A DNA stretch of 63,574 nucleotides, the filler included, from Octopus bimaculoides (Eukaryota): NCBI RefSeq assembly GCF_001194135.2. It is 5 parts of 4 records of this genome, joined end to end, with 100 filler letters (N's around TTAATTAATTAA, not from the genome) between each part and the next. Parts side by side here need not be neighbours in the genome. Positions count along the whole stretch, not along the records: positions 1 to 27,674 come from NC_068992.1; 4 more parts are not named here. The stretch is one strand, 5' to 3'. The notes under the pieces were generated by a model. It saw only the letters and a list, made by a program, of their open reading frames with translations. It was not told the origin of the DNA and did no database searches. The position numbers and the translations under genes are program-made. Numbering within the stretch: the first letter of the stretch is position 1; each line of letters begins with the position of its first letter. Shown piece after piece: positions 1 through 13,971 of the stretch.

Positions 1-22
1 AATAAAACTACTGAACAACAAC

Positions 23-128
<106 letters not shown>

Positions 129-1140
129 CATGGATGGAATTTATAATTATCTTAATGCATCGTTACTGGCGTTTCCACAAAATCACATGTTTTTTTACGG
201 TAATGGTACGTATTTCTGGGATGATTACACTACAGTCCGTAGTATACATAGACATCAGGTGGATCATGGTTCAAGTGTTCATTTCTTCGAGCGATATACC
301 ACTAACTTTGGGAGCAACGCATATATAACTGAAGTCAGCACACACTCCTCCCTCAACGTTATCATTAACATTCCTTTCTCTCATTCCATCATCTTCTATT
401 CCTGCCTACCAAATACACACAGAACTGCCCATATACCCCAATAAATCTTTTGATTTCTGAAAACTGATAAACATCTTCAGTTGTGCATTCCTTGCCTGTT
501 GTTTGATAGTTTCTTATCAGCTACCACAGGTTTTTGCAGACCACAAATTTGCTTTTTTTCACCCAGAATTCGAAAGTTAAATGACATTATGCATTTAGTC
601 TGGTGAGAGTGTAATACAAGATCAGCCACACCCTGAGATATTTATGCAATTAGCTTTGATATACATGCATGTGTAAAGCCAAGTAACCCTATCAGGCTTG
701 CAGTATTGTCTAGTTCTTTTGTAATACATTCATGCAAAAATTAGTATTTGCCTGATGTACTGTTTGTTAAATTGTTAGTAAAATATGTATACATTTCTTT
801 ATATATTATGTCTGAGTAGTTTTAAAATACCTAGTAAATTCATATATATGTATATATATATGTATCTCTCTCCCATCTCTCTCTCTCTCTNNNNNNNNNN
901 NNNNNNNNNNNNNNNNNNNNNNNNNNNNNNNNNNNNNNNNNNNNNNNNNNNNNNNNNNNNNNNNNNNNNNNNNNNNNNNNNNNNNNNNNNNNNNNNNNNN
1001 NNNNNNNNNNNNNNNNNNNNNNNNNNNNNNNNNNNNNNNNNNNNNNNNNNNNNNNNNNNNNNNNNNNNNNNNNNNNNNNNNNNNNNNNNNNNNNNNNNNN
1101 NNNNNNNNNNNNNNNNNNNNNNNNNNNNNNNNNNNNNNNN

Positions 1141-1188
<48 letters not shown>

Positions 1189-2606
1189 GGCAAATGGAAG
1201 GGCAATCTTCGTCGTTTTCTATCCAAAACGGATTCTCAACTCAATATTTACATGCTATTGTTTATAGTTTATAAGTCTCAAGAAACACTGGACATGTCTA
1301 CAGGAGATGTGTATCGTATCCTACAAGCAGCCTTCGACGATTTCAATCCAAGAGGACTTTTCGATACTAACATGTTATCATTTATTGCTTTATGTACTTC
1401 AAGAAACAGTATAAATTTGCATTCTTAGAATTGAGCACTCTTCCATTACTTCACGTTGGGCGTTTCATAAGAACTCTGAATCTTGGATTAAAAGGGAATA
1501 TAATATATTTTCAAGATAATGTAGCTTAGATTACTTACTAGAAGTATTTGAAATGGGAATAGAAAGAGCGAGTAAAGTTTACACTTTGAGCTATCTAATT
1601 TTGTTCTATACTGTCTAAACCCAAGAAATCGAAGACACAACAGGTGCTCATACCATCAAGAACTAAAGAAGTAATTATAATCTATGAAATTACTCCCAAA
1701 CTACGCTATCTATTGAATTCGCTTGATTAAATCTCGAAAGTAATTAAGCTGCACAAATTACCTCATGAATTCTGTTCAATAAGAGTCTATTTTTCAAAGA
1801 TGGTTCAGATTCTCTGACAATTACGAAAACCTTCAAATTAATCTTGTCATACACATACACACATACACGCGTATGCAAACACCACAAGCGCTCATACACA
1901 TGCATTCCAATTGCTCCTCGCTATTACAATAATGCAAGCATAAATCCACAATATCAAATCAACTTCAGTTCACAGCTGGTGTACAAAAGAGCTAAAATCC
2001 AAACTTAACGTCCGTGTGATATGAAATCTGTCAACGCATTCATTGGACCCCGCTGCACTCACATCATACCCTTTCGAAGGAATGGAAAGATACATTGTGT
2101 AATGTAGTCCTAGATAATCTTTGTCTGAAGGAAGATGCGATTGTTACAGTTAGAATACGTTTGATTATAAATCTGTTCCATCAGTGTTTATTTGAAATTT
2201 AAACGAAAACAACAAGACCTAAATGAACTATAGTATACACCTTGTACTCCAGAGGACGAAAAACAAATTCGAATAGTTAGAAGCCAGGCGGAAAAAGAAA
2301 TGAATAAAACAGTCGACTGAACAAATATTGAGATACATTTTATCATAGGTATACTCAATGACAGATGACCTGGGGAAAAAACATCACCAACAATATTAAT
2401 TTATTAATTTCACAATTGCGCAGCTTAAACTGAAGCCTTATATTACTGGCATTGATACTATAACAGTGATTGCACTAACATTTTTGTGCCCTGTTCCACA
2501 ATATGTAATTACAACATTGTACCCCGCCAGCGTCGACTAAATACCATTAAAACTCAATGTTTCACTACAAATTTGATTTAAATTAAAATAGGAAAGATAA
2601 ATACTA

Positions 2607-2658
<52 letters not shown>

Positions 2659-2954
2659 GTGTGTGTGTGTGTGTATGTATGTATGTGTGTGTGTATATAT
2701 ATATCCTAAGCTAATTCTGTCCACAGCTTGTAAATTCTTATGATGTGAACAACATACCACTCTGACTGGTAAGAATAAAGGTTCTAAAACTGATAGAGAA
2801 ATTCAGTGACTCTATAAAGAGTCGTGGCAACAGCCCTTCACTGTTGATTGAAAAAAACGAAAGCAAAAACGATATCTGATAGGTAAAAATATCAAATTAA
2901 ATTATATAAAATTTCTAAAATACATAATTAAAGAAACACTCATGATGAATACCT

Positions 2955-3342
2955 TTTATCTTTCATCTTTTACTTGCTTTAATCACAGAATTGCAGCCAT
3001 ACTAGGGCACCGCCTTGTAATGTGTAGTTGAACAAATCGATCCCAGTAATTACTTTTAATCTCTGTTACTTATTCTATCTGATTCTTTTGCCGTAACACC
3101 AAGCGAAGGGTGCGTAAACAAACCAACACCATTGGTCAGGCAGTGGGGTGGGCAAATACAGATACAAAGACAAACATGAATTTGTACGATGGGTTTCCAT
3201 GCAGTCTCCGTCCACCAAATTCACTTACAAGGCATTGATCGGCCCAAGATATAGTAAAAGATAGTTGTCCAAGGTAAGGGCAGTGAGACTGACCCCAAAA
3301 GAGGTGGCTGGAAAAGGAACTTCTTCATCACACGGCCATACC
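2955..3342 (-). mobile_element. tRNA-SINE family A (diverged)
   Basis: Colinear similarity to family A copies at 16700, 27775 and 56745 (tail gccatactagggcaccgcc; body aaattcacttacaaggc). Confidence 0.6.
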
Positions 3343-4667
3343 TAAGTGTATATGTAATTTTTTTCTAAATTGAGAGATGTTATCGAGATTCTACAAAAAT
3401 TTGGTGGTACCCACTTCTGGACCCTTACAATTTATATAGTGCATCACTGTCCAAGACTTAATCAGGTAACAGGTTTAACAGCACCGATATGTTGGACCTG
3501 AGCTACATTTAGTGGTGTCTGCTTTATTGCAAGTTTGTATCATTCTCTGTGTATCACTGCACTCGTCTGCATTATAGTCGCCTCTTCCTCATGTGTTTCC
3601 GTCCATAGGTCTCGGTGGTCATGAAAACAGTCATGGCCGTTTACTTATCTCCTATGACTATGCCATAGAAAGTAAAAATGTATATTCCCTCGTTTAAAAG
3701 CGTAGGTATCTCTAAGTTATTCTAAAGTTATTCAACAAGGACGACTTCAACCCAATTTCTTTCTAAAAAACGAAAAGACCCACAAAACAACAAAAGACGA
3801 AACAATGGTTCATGCCCTAATGAAAATAAATTTATGATTTGGTTTGAAATAAACGAAATTTAAACAGAAACGAGAGTATTCAATAAATTTAAAACAACAA
3901 TCTTAAAATGAAATAAAAGAAAATCAGCTTAAATAAAATAACTTGCATTTTAAAATAGTTACTTATTCGACTCCGATATAGCACGCTTTGATTAATTACA
4001 AAACAGATCAGACATCCGCGTATCTGTTTTATAAAGACCAACAATGTCGGAAAAAAAATGCAAACAGATAGAGAAAACAACAGTAGCAACTACAGTGAGA
4101 ACAACAACAACGACACAAACAACCAATGTACGTAAACACTATACAAGCAAACCAAAATTAACAACAACAACAATAACAATAAAATAAAAAATTAAATGTC
4201 TTGCTTCTGAGCACGAATCTTAAAGAATTCTATGTATGAAAGGAAAATCATAGATTCATCACGTTTCCTCTGCCATGTCATTTCTCACAAACAATAAGTA
4301 TTTTCATACATGCATACATACATAAAAAAAAACATATATACATACACACAATCATACATACATGGATGTATACATACATAAATACATGCATACACACACA
4401 CACGTGTACACACACGTGTACACACACACATACACACACACACACATATATATATAAATATATNNNNNNNNNNNNNNNNNNNNNNNNNNNNNNNNNNNNN
4501 NNNNNNNNNNNNNNNNNNNNNNNNNNNNNNNNNNNNNNNNNNNNNNNNNNNNNNNNNNNNNNNNNNNNNNNNNNNNNNNNNNNNNNNNNNNNNNNNNNNN
4601 NNNNNNNNNNNNNNNNNNNNNNNNNNNNNNNNNNNNNNNNNNNNNNNNNNNNNNNNNNNNNNNNNNN

Positions 4668-4706
<39 letters not shown>

Positions 4707-4858
4707 CATATATTTGTATGCATGTATGTATGTATGCATGTATGTATGTATGCATGCATGTATGTATATATCTATCTATCAATTATCTCTCTCTCTATTT
4801 GTCTATCTATTCGTGTACATATAAATGATATAAATATATACATAGAGAGAGAGAGAGG

Positions 4859-4891
<33 letters not shown>

Positions 4892-4988
4892 TGGCAAAGA
4901 CAGAGAGTGCGATAGATAGATATACATATGTATAAATTAAATTAGCTCTATAGATGTATAAGTATGTTTATAGATGTGCATGTAAGTG

Positions 4989-5102
<114 letters not shown>

Positions 5103-5592
5103 CAACAACAATAGAGAGTAATAATAGTTGTAGCTCTTGTAGTGATATTAGTAGTTTTAGGAAGAAGAAATAAGATGGAAAATGANNNNNNNNNNNNNNN
5201 NNNNNNNNNNNNNNNNNNNNNNNNNNNNNNNNNNNNNNNNNNNNNNNNNNNNNNNNNNNNNNNNNNNNNNNNNNNNNNNNNNNNNNNNNNNNNNNNNNNN
5301 NNNNNNNNNNNNNNNNNNNNNNNNNNNNNNNNNNNNNNNNNNNNNNNNNNNNNNNNNNNNNNNNNNNNNNNNNNNNNNNNNNNNNNNNNNNNNNNNNNNN
5401 NNNNNNNNNNNNNNNNNNNNNNNNNNNNNNNNNNNNNNNNNNNNNNNNNNNNNNNNNNNNNNNNNNNNNNNNNNNNNNNNNNNNNNNNNNNNNNNNNNNN
5501 NNNNNNNNNNNNNNNNNNNNNNNNNNNNNNNNNNNNNNNNNNNNNNNNNNNNNNNNNNNNNNNNNNNNNNNNNNNNNNNNNNNNNNNNNNNN

Positions 5593-5628
<36 letters not shown>

Positions 5629-5710
5629 TCACATATATGTGTATATGTATGTATATGTATATGCATGTATGTATACACCCCCCTACACATGTATATGTTA
5701 TATTTTAATA

Positions 5711-5990
5711 GTTTCAGTTATTGTTGTGGCCATGTTTGGGCAGCACCTTGTAGGGATTATTTGAACAAGTCAGTCCTAATACTTAGTTGCTTTAAACTCT
5801 GCTACTTATGCTGTGTGTTATTGTATGCCTAGCGGTGTGGTGAGGATAAACAAAAACACAAAGACACACCCATATTTATATATATATATATATATACCCG
5901 AACCGTTAAGTTACTGGGCCGCAAGCACGCTAACACTAGTTCTAAAGTGGTGGCGGGGGTACAGACACAAAGACAAACACATATACATAC
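5711..5990 (-). mobile_element. tRNA-SINE family A 3' half (diverged)
   Basis: gtttcagttattgttgtggccatg...gaaccgttaagttac matches the family A tail and body. Confidence 0.5.
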
Positions 5991-6706
5991 ATATATACGT
6001 ATATATATAGTTACACACATACCCAAAAGCGCGCGCGCACGTACACATACATATTTCTCGTCCAGAGATTTAAAACTGAATGTTTTCCTCTTTACGAAAT
6101 CAGTGACTGTGTGTCACTTAAGAAAGTTTACACCTCGAACAAGGCCTAGTGTTGCCATCTCTAGCCAACGGTCATCCTATGCCGATGAAGCAAATAACCC
6201 AGAAGCCATGGTTTGCGCGTACCGTTTAAGGGTCAGTGGCGACATTAGCTCCCTTGTTCGTGGTATAAGGACGCAATTTTGCGTCGGTAGCTAGCTGGAA
6301 AAGATGTCTTCCTGGGACTAAAAATGGTATTAACACCGTCCTAACGAAGATTACAAATTTACATTGGCAAATAAATTTTACCTCTGTAGTACTGTTACTA
6401 CTTCTCGCTCAGAGATTTAAAATTAAATGTTTTCCTCTGTAGATATATATACTTTGACCTAACTAACAACAAATGAGGTTGATACCACAATGAATCTTAA
6501 CATATAGTAGTATTGGGAATACCGTCGACTCAGTATGCTCTGCCGCAAGTTCTGGATATTTTCCTCAGTTTTTCTCCAATTGTGTAAAAATGTAAATACA
6601 TACCAACACACATACACGTACACACACAGACACACAGACAGTGATACAGACACACAGGCACAGACACATACACATATGCACACGTAAGCACACACATATC
6701 ATACAC

Positions 6707-6746
<40 letters not shown>

Positions 6747-6756
6747 NNNNNNNNNN

Positions 6757-6794
<38 letters not shown>

Positions 6795-8845
6795 TTAGAT
6801 ATATGTGTGAATGTTTATTACATGTATACATATATATACCTATATATGTGCGTATTTGCGTCATTGTGTGTTGGTTTGTGTATTAGTATAATTCTTTTAT
6901 ATACCCAACTTAAAAGCATACTAATCAGTTTGATATTGAGCTGTAATCTTTCTAAAGATATCTCTTGTATAATGCAGTCACCATTCAATAACAATTACAC
7001 TAACTACGTTATTGGTAAACATATTTTCGGACGATAAACACAAGTACAAGAACAGTTCTAACAATCATAACTTCTTCCAATAACATTCCAAACAAGAATC
7101 CTTGTAAAAAATGAATCTACCTTTATACAATCTATCTATAATATAAACTCACTTATAAGAGCTTAGACCATAATAGCAGTTACAAAACATCTCCAGCATC
7201 GAGAGTAATAAAAAGAACGAGAGCAAAAGTATAATAACTGGTGTCACACACAACATAAACATTTCACACCAAGGGCAGTGTAAGGATAGTTAGCGTAGGC
7301 AAGGAGGAAATAATGATTAATTCAGATGGAGAAAAGAAGGAGAAAGAATATGTCATTAGCTTTTGTAGAAAGGTAAGGGATACAGCTTGAAATTTTGATG
7401 AATAAAATTAGCAAATAAAAAGCAGAGAAATAGAATGTGAATGGAGTCAGATCGTGGTAGTATGATGAAAACTGACAAATTTCGATATAATTAGACCTCA
7501 TTATCCAAGTTTAGTTTGAACAGGGTTGTCAAATCATTTTCATAAAAATAGCCTAACATTTTGTAGTGGATTGTGCTACAAAATTCTACAAAATGAGGAT
7601 TTGCTAGTCCCAAAGTGTGACACCTAAGGCAAGTGTCATCTATCGCAATGATCCGAGTAATGCTTTGTTACTGAATTCGTCAGATGGAAACTGTATGAAA
7701 GCCCGTCGTATAAATGTATATGTCTACATACATACAGACATACATACATAAACACGCAAAAAGGCGTGCACACACACAAACACAGACACACACACAGATA
7801 CCTTTCTTGGTGTCATTGAAATTTCAACTAAAAATAAGGTTAGGCAGTTGATGTACATGGGACGCCTATTTAGGCAGAATCACATGGCTGCAGCTTTCGT
7901 CGTGCCTTCAGACTATCTATTTCTAAATGGGTTGTTGATCATCAAGTAATCTTGATTTCCGAGATTATCGCTCCTGCGCATTTGGCGTTAGTACCAATTA
8001 CCATGAAGCATTTTGGCCAAGCCCTCTGCAAGTGAAGGGTATTTCATTTCACTAACTGAATGTTTTATGTTTATCTTATTCAATACACTCATTTGTTATT
8101 TCTCTCAGTTGGTTTTCAAACTCTCTACGTTCTAATTGTTGATTGACTGTCGAAGTTGAAGCCAGGTTAAAATGTTTACCCAATAAATGTACTCTACCGT
8201 TTTAGAAAGTACTTCTCTTGATTTACTAGATATGAGAAAGTATGGACTGAATTCCCGAATCTATGCTCAATCTGAAATGACTTGATGTTTAGCAACAACA
8301 ACACCTGGTCTTTATTTTAAAGAAAATATCAGATATGATGACAAAAAAGAAAGAAAAAAATTGTTTTTTTTAATAATAAATATTAAGATCTTTGTTTTGA
8401 TATAAACAAACACAAATAACTAAATGATATAGTGGAAATGAAAACCATAACACAATGTCGTAATCTCGGAACAACTGGAGCGATAATATAAATATCAATG
8501 AAGCTAAGTGATATATATTTGGGAAACTACCACTAACGCTTATAATTTCCTTAGAATGAGGCTACGACGTTTTATTTTTGTAAATTGAAAATCTTTATTT
8601 ATGAAACTAATAAAGAGTTAGTACAATTATGTTTTTTATTTATCAGTTAGAGTATTTCCGATACAATCATAAAGAGAATGCACATAAACAAGTAAACAAG
8701 TAAAGGGCTGTAATTAAAAATTTCTCAATAGATGGCGTAAATAAATCAAAAGATTATCTGAAGAGTAATATGACAATATTGTGCACATTCTTATTCTATA
8801 GCCCAACCTATCAGAGGCACTGTCACACAGTCAGAGATAGATCTT

Positions 8846-8847
<2 letters not shown>

Positions 8848-8893
<46 letters not shown>

Positions 8894-9096
8894 CTCTCTC
8901 TCTCTCTCTCCACCTCTACCTACCTACCTACCTACCGACCTACCTACCTACCTGCCTACCTACCTACCTACCTACCTACCTACCTACCTACCTACCTACC
9001 TGCCTGCCTGCTTGCCTGGCTGCCTGCCTGCCTGCCTACCTACCTATCTGTTTATGTATGTATGTATGTATGTATGTATGTATGTATGTATGTATG

Positions 9097-9147
<51 letters not shown>
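8848..9147. repeat. Compound microsatellite (CT)n-(CTAC)n-(CTGC)n-(TATG)n-(TATC)n
   Basis: Direct reading. Confidence 0.95.
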
Positions 9148-11029
9148 GTGGTTGTGTTTGTATGTTTCTACATTTGTATCCATTCATCTGTATCTATTGA
9201 TTAATCTGTTTGTCTATGTATTTAGCGATTTTCTGTTTATATTGACATTATATTTCATTACAAGGAATGCTTATTTGTTGTAACTATGACAATAGGATTA
9301 GTTATATTGAAACTAGTACTGTGTTCAGCAGCTTCTTTTCAAATTCCATCAAAATAAATACAACCCTAGCTGTAAGTGTTTATAGAAAGATCATTACCTA
9401 TATAACTATATTATGCTTGAACATTTACGCGGTAATATTTGTTTCAAGTAACTCAGATAGATCGTATTGTATCAATGTTCTATTTCTTTTCTTTTGTTGG
9501 TCTTGAACTATTTTTATCTTGTCTTGGCATTACGTAAGAAACGCAGTAAAGCAGAAACGAAAATGCTTCCTCGGTGAGTAATCAGCAACGAGTTATGGCA
9601 ATCGATCGTTTTGATATGGAACAAGGAAAATATCAGTAATGCGAAAGTTAATAATGATTTTAAATTCTAATACACTGCAGAGATTAATTCCAAAATGTCA
9701 TTTCAATGAAGACGTACGGTCAGAGAGAGAAGGAAAGAGATTACTAAACATCAAGTTAAAATTGATGATTTATCAAGAGTCGGTCGGAGAATACCGAGTT
9801 TTTGCTCTGTTTCCTATACTGATATTTAAAATCGCACATCTAAATTCCAATCACTGGAAAAAGATTAAGTGAAAGAAAGGAAAAGGACTAGAAATTTTGA
9901 AATAGATTAAGAAGGAAACGGCAAAGAGTTTTTATTAGCGTGACTAATTTAAAGAAAGTGTTTCCTGAAAGTAGCTTTAATAATTAGTAAAGTTTCGCAA
10001 CGTCGGATGTAATCAGATATTGCATTTGTGAAGCAGTTTCTTAGATCGTAGCGAAAACTTTTAAGAGTTCGTTGGTCTATTTAAACAGCCACGAATTTAG
10101 TTACAGTTGCTGTATAGTTTTGAAGGAAATCATTCTTATTTTACATCACATCAACAATGTCGTTATTGCCATTTATTATTACCATTTATTATCACTTATT
10201 CATTATTATATCTGGGTGTCTAGAACGCCGTAAATATATTTCCGACTTATCGATTCAAACATTCGTTGAAGAATTAATCGCTCTGTTGTATTTATGGTTA
10301 GTTATTAGTAGCACACTGCGTGTTGCTGCTGATCGAGTTGAGCAAGTGTCAGCCTCATGATCGAAAATATATCGGTTTGTATCACGTGAATTCCTAACCA
10401 CCACACATACCTCTCAACAACTCACTCCACATTAATGAAAAGTCTTATATTCATAATTAGAAACAGTAATAAAACTCTGAATTCACAGAAGCTTTCAGAT
10501 TCATTAACTTATAACTCTTAGTTCAAGTATTCACATGGCAAAGAAGTCAACGGAACAGGATTATTCTAGGAACACTATGACTTTTAGCTGCCACGGATGC
10601 ACTAAATTATAATTGAGATATGATAATGAAACAGAGGAGATCGGTTCATATTTTTCTCTCGACACACGGTATTGTCATCTGGGTAAAGAATTAAATATAT
10701 AATTTCCACGACAATTCTATGTAGCAGCTGGGCCGGTAAAAGAGAAGACAAAAGTGATAGAAGTGAAGACGAGAGATGGAGGAGTGTTGTACCGAGGAAT
10801 TTGTATTATTTACAAATATTAGGAAAAATTAAACGGTAATAACAAGAACGCCTTCTCTTCCTGATTCTTCTCATCTTTCTCATTCTCCTTTTCCTCCTCC
10901 TCCATCTCTTCCTCCTCATCATCACCCACTTTACCTTAAATAGCAGCAACAACAATATAAACCAGAAGAAATAAGCATCCACATCTCTCTAGTGAAAGCA
11001 AATAGAATCGAGCCAGCAACTGCAAACCT

Positions 11030-11327
11030 AACTACAACAACATCAATAATGTTTTTTCAGTCTCTACAACAACAACTGCAAAGATTCCCGATAGCAGCAA
11101 TAACAATAACTATATAATGCAATTACTACTGAAGTAATTGCTACACCAATATTAGATAAATATGACCAAAAACGAAAGGCATGTATAATTATAATTATAA
11201 TTGCATGATCATGATCATGAACATGATCATCATCATCGACGTTGTCGTGATCATCGGCATCATCGTCGTAGTTGTCGTCGTCAGCAGCAGCAATAGACGC
11301 ATCAGTAGCATCAGCGTTAACAAAATA

Positions 11328-11368
<41 letters not shown>

Positions 11369-12304
11369 AACAAAACCAACGGCAAAAACAACAACAGTAA
11401 CAGAGACAACGATGAACCGACGACGATGAGAGTGATGACGATGACGATGATGGTGATGATGATGCCATACCTCATTGAAAAAAAAAAAGAAAAAAACTCC
11501 TATACAACAAACTTGTGACAACCTCAGCGAAAAAAGTAATAAGATATGTAATTAATAATACAGTATTCATCATCATAATTTTCATCATCTACATCGTAAT
11601 TATCATCGCCACCACAATCATTATCATCATCATCATCATCATCATCATCATTATTATCATCATCATTCTTATAATCCCCTTCTTTATTCTGCTGTTCCTT
11701 CTCTTCCTCTGAATTTTTTTTTATATTAATGTCAATAACAAAACAATATAAATAACATGAAAATGTCAACAATTAGAGCATCACTTAGAAATGATGGAAA
11801 TTATTAGAGTATGTCAATTTAACCACCACCACCACCACCACCACCACCACCACTTCCACCACCACTGCCACCACAAAATCAACTATTACGGCCTCCAGCT
11901 CCATATCCAGCGCCATCACCAACACCAGCACCATCACCAGTACCACTACAACCACCACAATAACAACAGCCAAACAAAAACAAAAACAAAAAAATATCCT
12001 TAACCAGCGTCTCTTATCCTCACCACCGCCATCGCTCCCACCATGATTTACTATTTCTATTACTATAACTACCACAATTAACTACCGCCATTTCAACAAG
12101 TGCTGCCATTAACTATCGCTATCATCAGCAACCGAAACATTAATATATTCATTGCGATACCACTATCAGCACTACAACCAAGAGAGGCACCACCATGTCA
12201 CCAAACAACCATTATCCATTTCTAGCATTGCCCTCTCTATAATAACCATCTCTAACATAACCACCACCACCACCACCACCACCATCACCACCACCACCAC
12301 CACC

Positions 12305-12345
<41 letters not shown>

Positions 12346-12400
12346 TACTGCCTCTGTCATCTCTATCATCCACATAAAATGCTCCCATAAAAAATGATGA
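11030..12400. repeat. Low-complexity trinucleotide field (CAT/GAT/CAC/CAA/AAC)n
   Basis: Direct reading. It is the source of the poly-H/D/V/T pseudo-ORFs. Confidence 0.9.
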
Positions 12401-13049
12401 TATAGTCACATCTAGAAACCTTTTCTTTATAGATCACCTCTTTCAGATATAATCTGAGGTCAAACAATATAAACGCGAGTTTACCGCCTTCATTCCCGCC
12501 ATTCACATTCCCATCATGACTATCATAGAACCTATGATCACCACTGCTGGTAGTAGCCACAAATGTTTTTTTTTTTTTATAAATGTGAAATAAATGCAAG
12601 CTTTTAAATGGTGTATAGAATTAATTTGAAAATCTCTGTATTAGTATGTAAGATGTTTTGATGTTATCATCTTCCCACATAGACTTCGTCAATTTGATAA
12701 AATAATTTGAGTGCAGCAATAGCTTAAGAATCATAGTGGGGGTGGGGGTGGCATTACATGTGTAGTGTCTGCAGTATTTTTGACTTTAACGTAGCCCATC
12801 CAATTCCTGGTCTGACAACACTTAATCTCTTTCAGAGGGATAAAAGAAAGGTAAACAGATAAAAAGAAAAGAATCGACCTCTCCTTCCAGTGTGGGTCTG
12901 GTACTTTATAGACATCAAAAGACTAAAATGCACAGTTGATCTCGGCAAGATCTGAACTCGACAAAGTGGCTGAAGAATTATAGCCGTCAAGCAACTAAAC
13001 TGAAACTCTAGCGAGTCTTTTAAATTGGTTGCCTAAAAATAATGATTTA

Positions 13050-13265
13050 AAATTTTGGCACAAAGCCAGCAATTTTGAACAGGGGTCTGTCTAAGTTGAT
13101 TACATCAACCCCGTTGCTCAACTGGTACTTATTTTATCAGTCTCTAAAGAATAAAAGGCAAAATCGACCTTGGCGGAATTTGAACTTAGAACGTGAAGAC
13201 TGGCGAATGCTACTAGGCATTTTGCCCGCATTTGGTTGCTAAAAGTAATAAAATAGCGAATTCAC
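13050..13265 (-). mobile_element. tRNA-SINE family B
   Basis: gattacatcaaccccg...ctggtacttattttatc...aaatcgaccttggcggaatttgaac matches family B. A more degraded copy lies at about 12840-13030. Confidence 0.7.
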
Positions 13266-13624
13266 TAATACATAAGCAATACAGTAAGGCATAACGAACG
13301 AAACAGAGCGAATGAGTTATATATAGTAATACGGTAATATATATGTGAATTAAAGTAGAACAAGAAGAAGAGAGTAAGGCATGAATACAATAATACATAA
13401 AGAATACAGGCAAACACAGCGACTGCAGTAAGAGAGTGAATGTAGGGCAACATAGACGGATATCAGAAGACATAGGCGAATAAGACATATCAAACATAGT
13501 GGGAAAAGTAACAGAAATGGAAATAATAATATGCAAATTATACGGGAGTTTTTCTGTAGTTAGTTAACTTGCTGGAAGTAGAAACCGAATCCCGCTTCAA
13601 TCACCGGGTAATGTCTTAAAATTG

Positions 13625-13673
<49 letters not shown>

Positions 13674-13930
13674 NNNNNNNNNNNNNNNNNNNNNNNNNNN
13701 NNNNNNNNNNNNNNNNNNNNNNNNNNNNNNNNNNNNNNNNNNNNNNNNNNNNNNNNNNNNNNNNNNNNNNNNNNNNNNNNNNNNNNNNNNNNNNNNNNNN
13801 NNNNNNNNNNNNNNNNNNNNNNNNNNNNNNNNNNNNNNNNNNNNNNNNNNNNNNNNNNNNNNNNNNNNNNNNNNNNNNNNNNNNNNNNNNNNNNNNNNNN
13901 NNNNNNNNNNNNNNNNNNNNNNNNNNNNNN

Positions 13931-13971
<41 letters not shown>

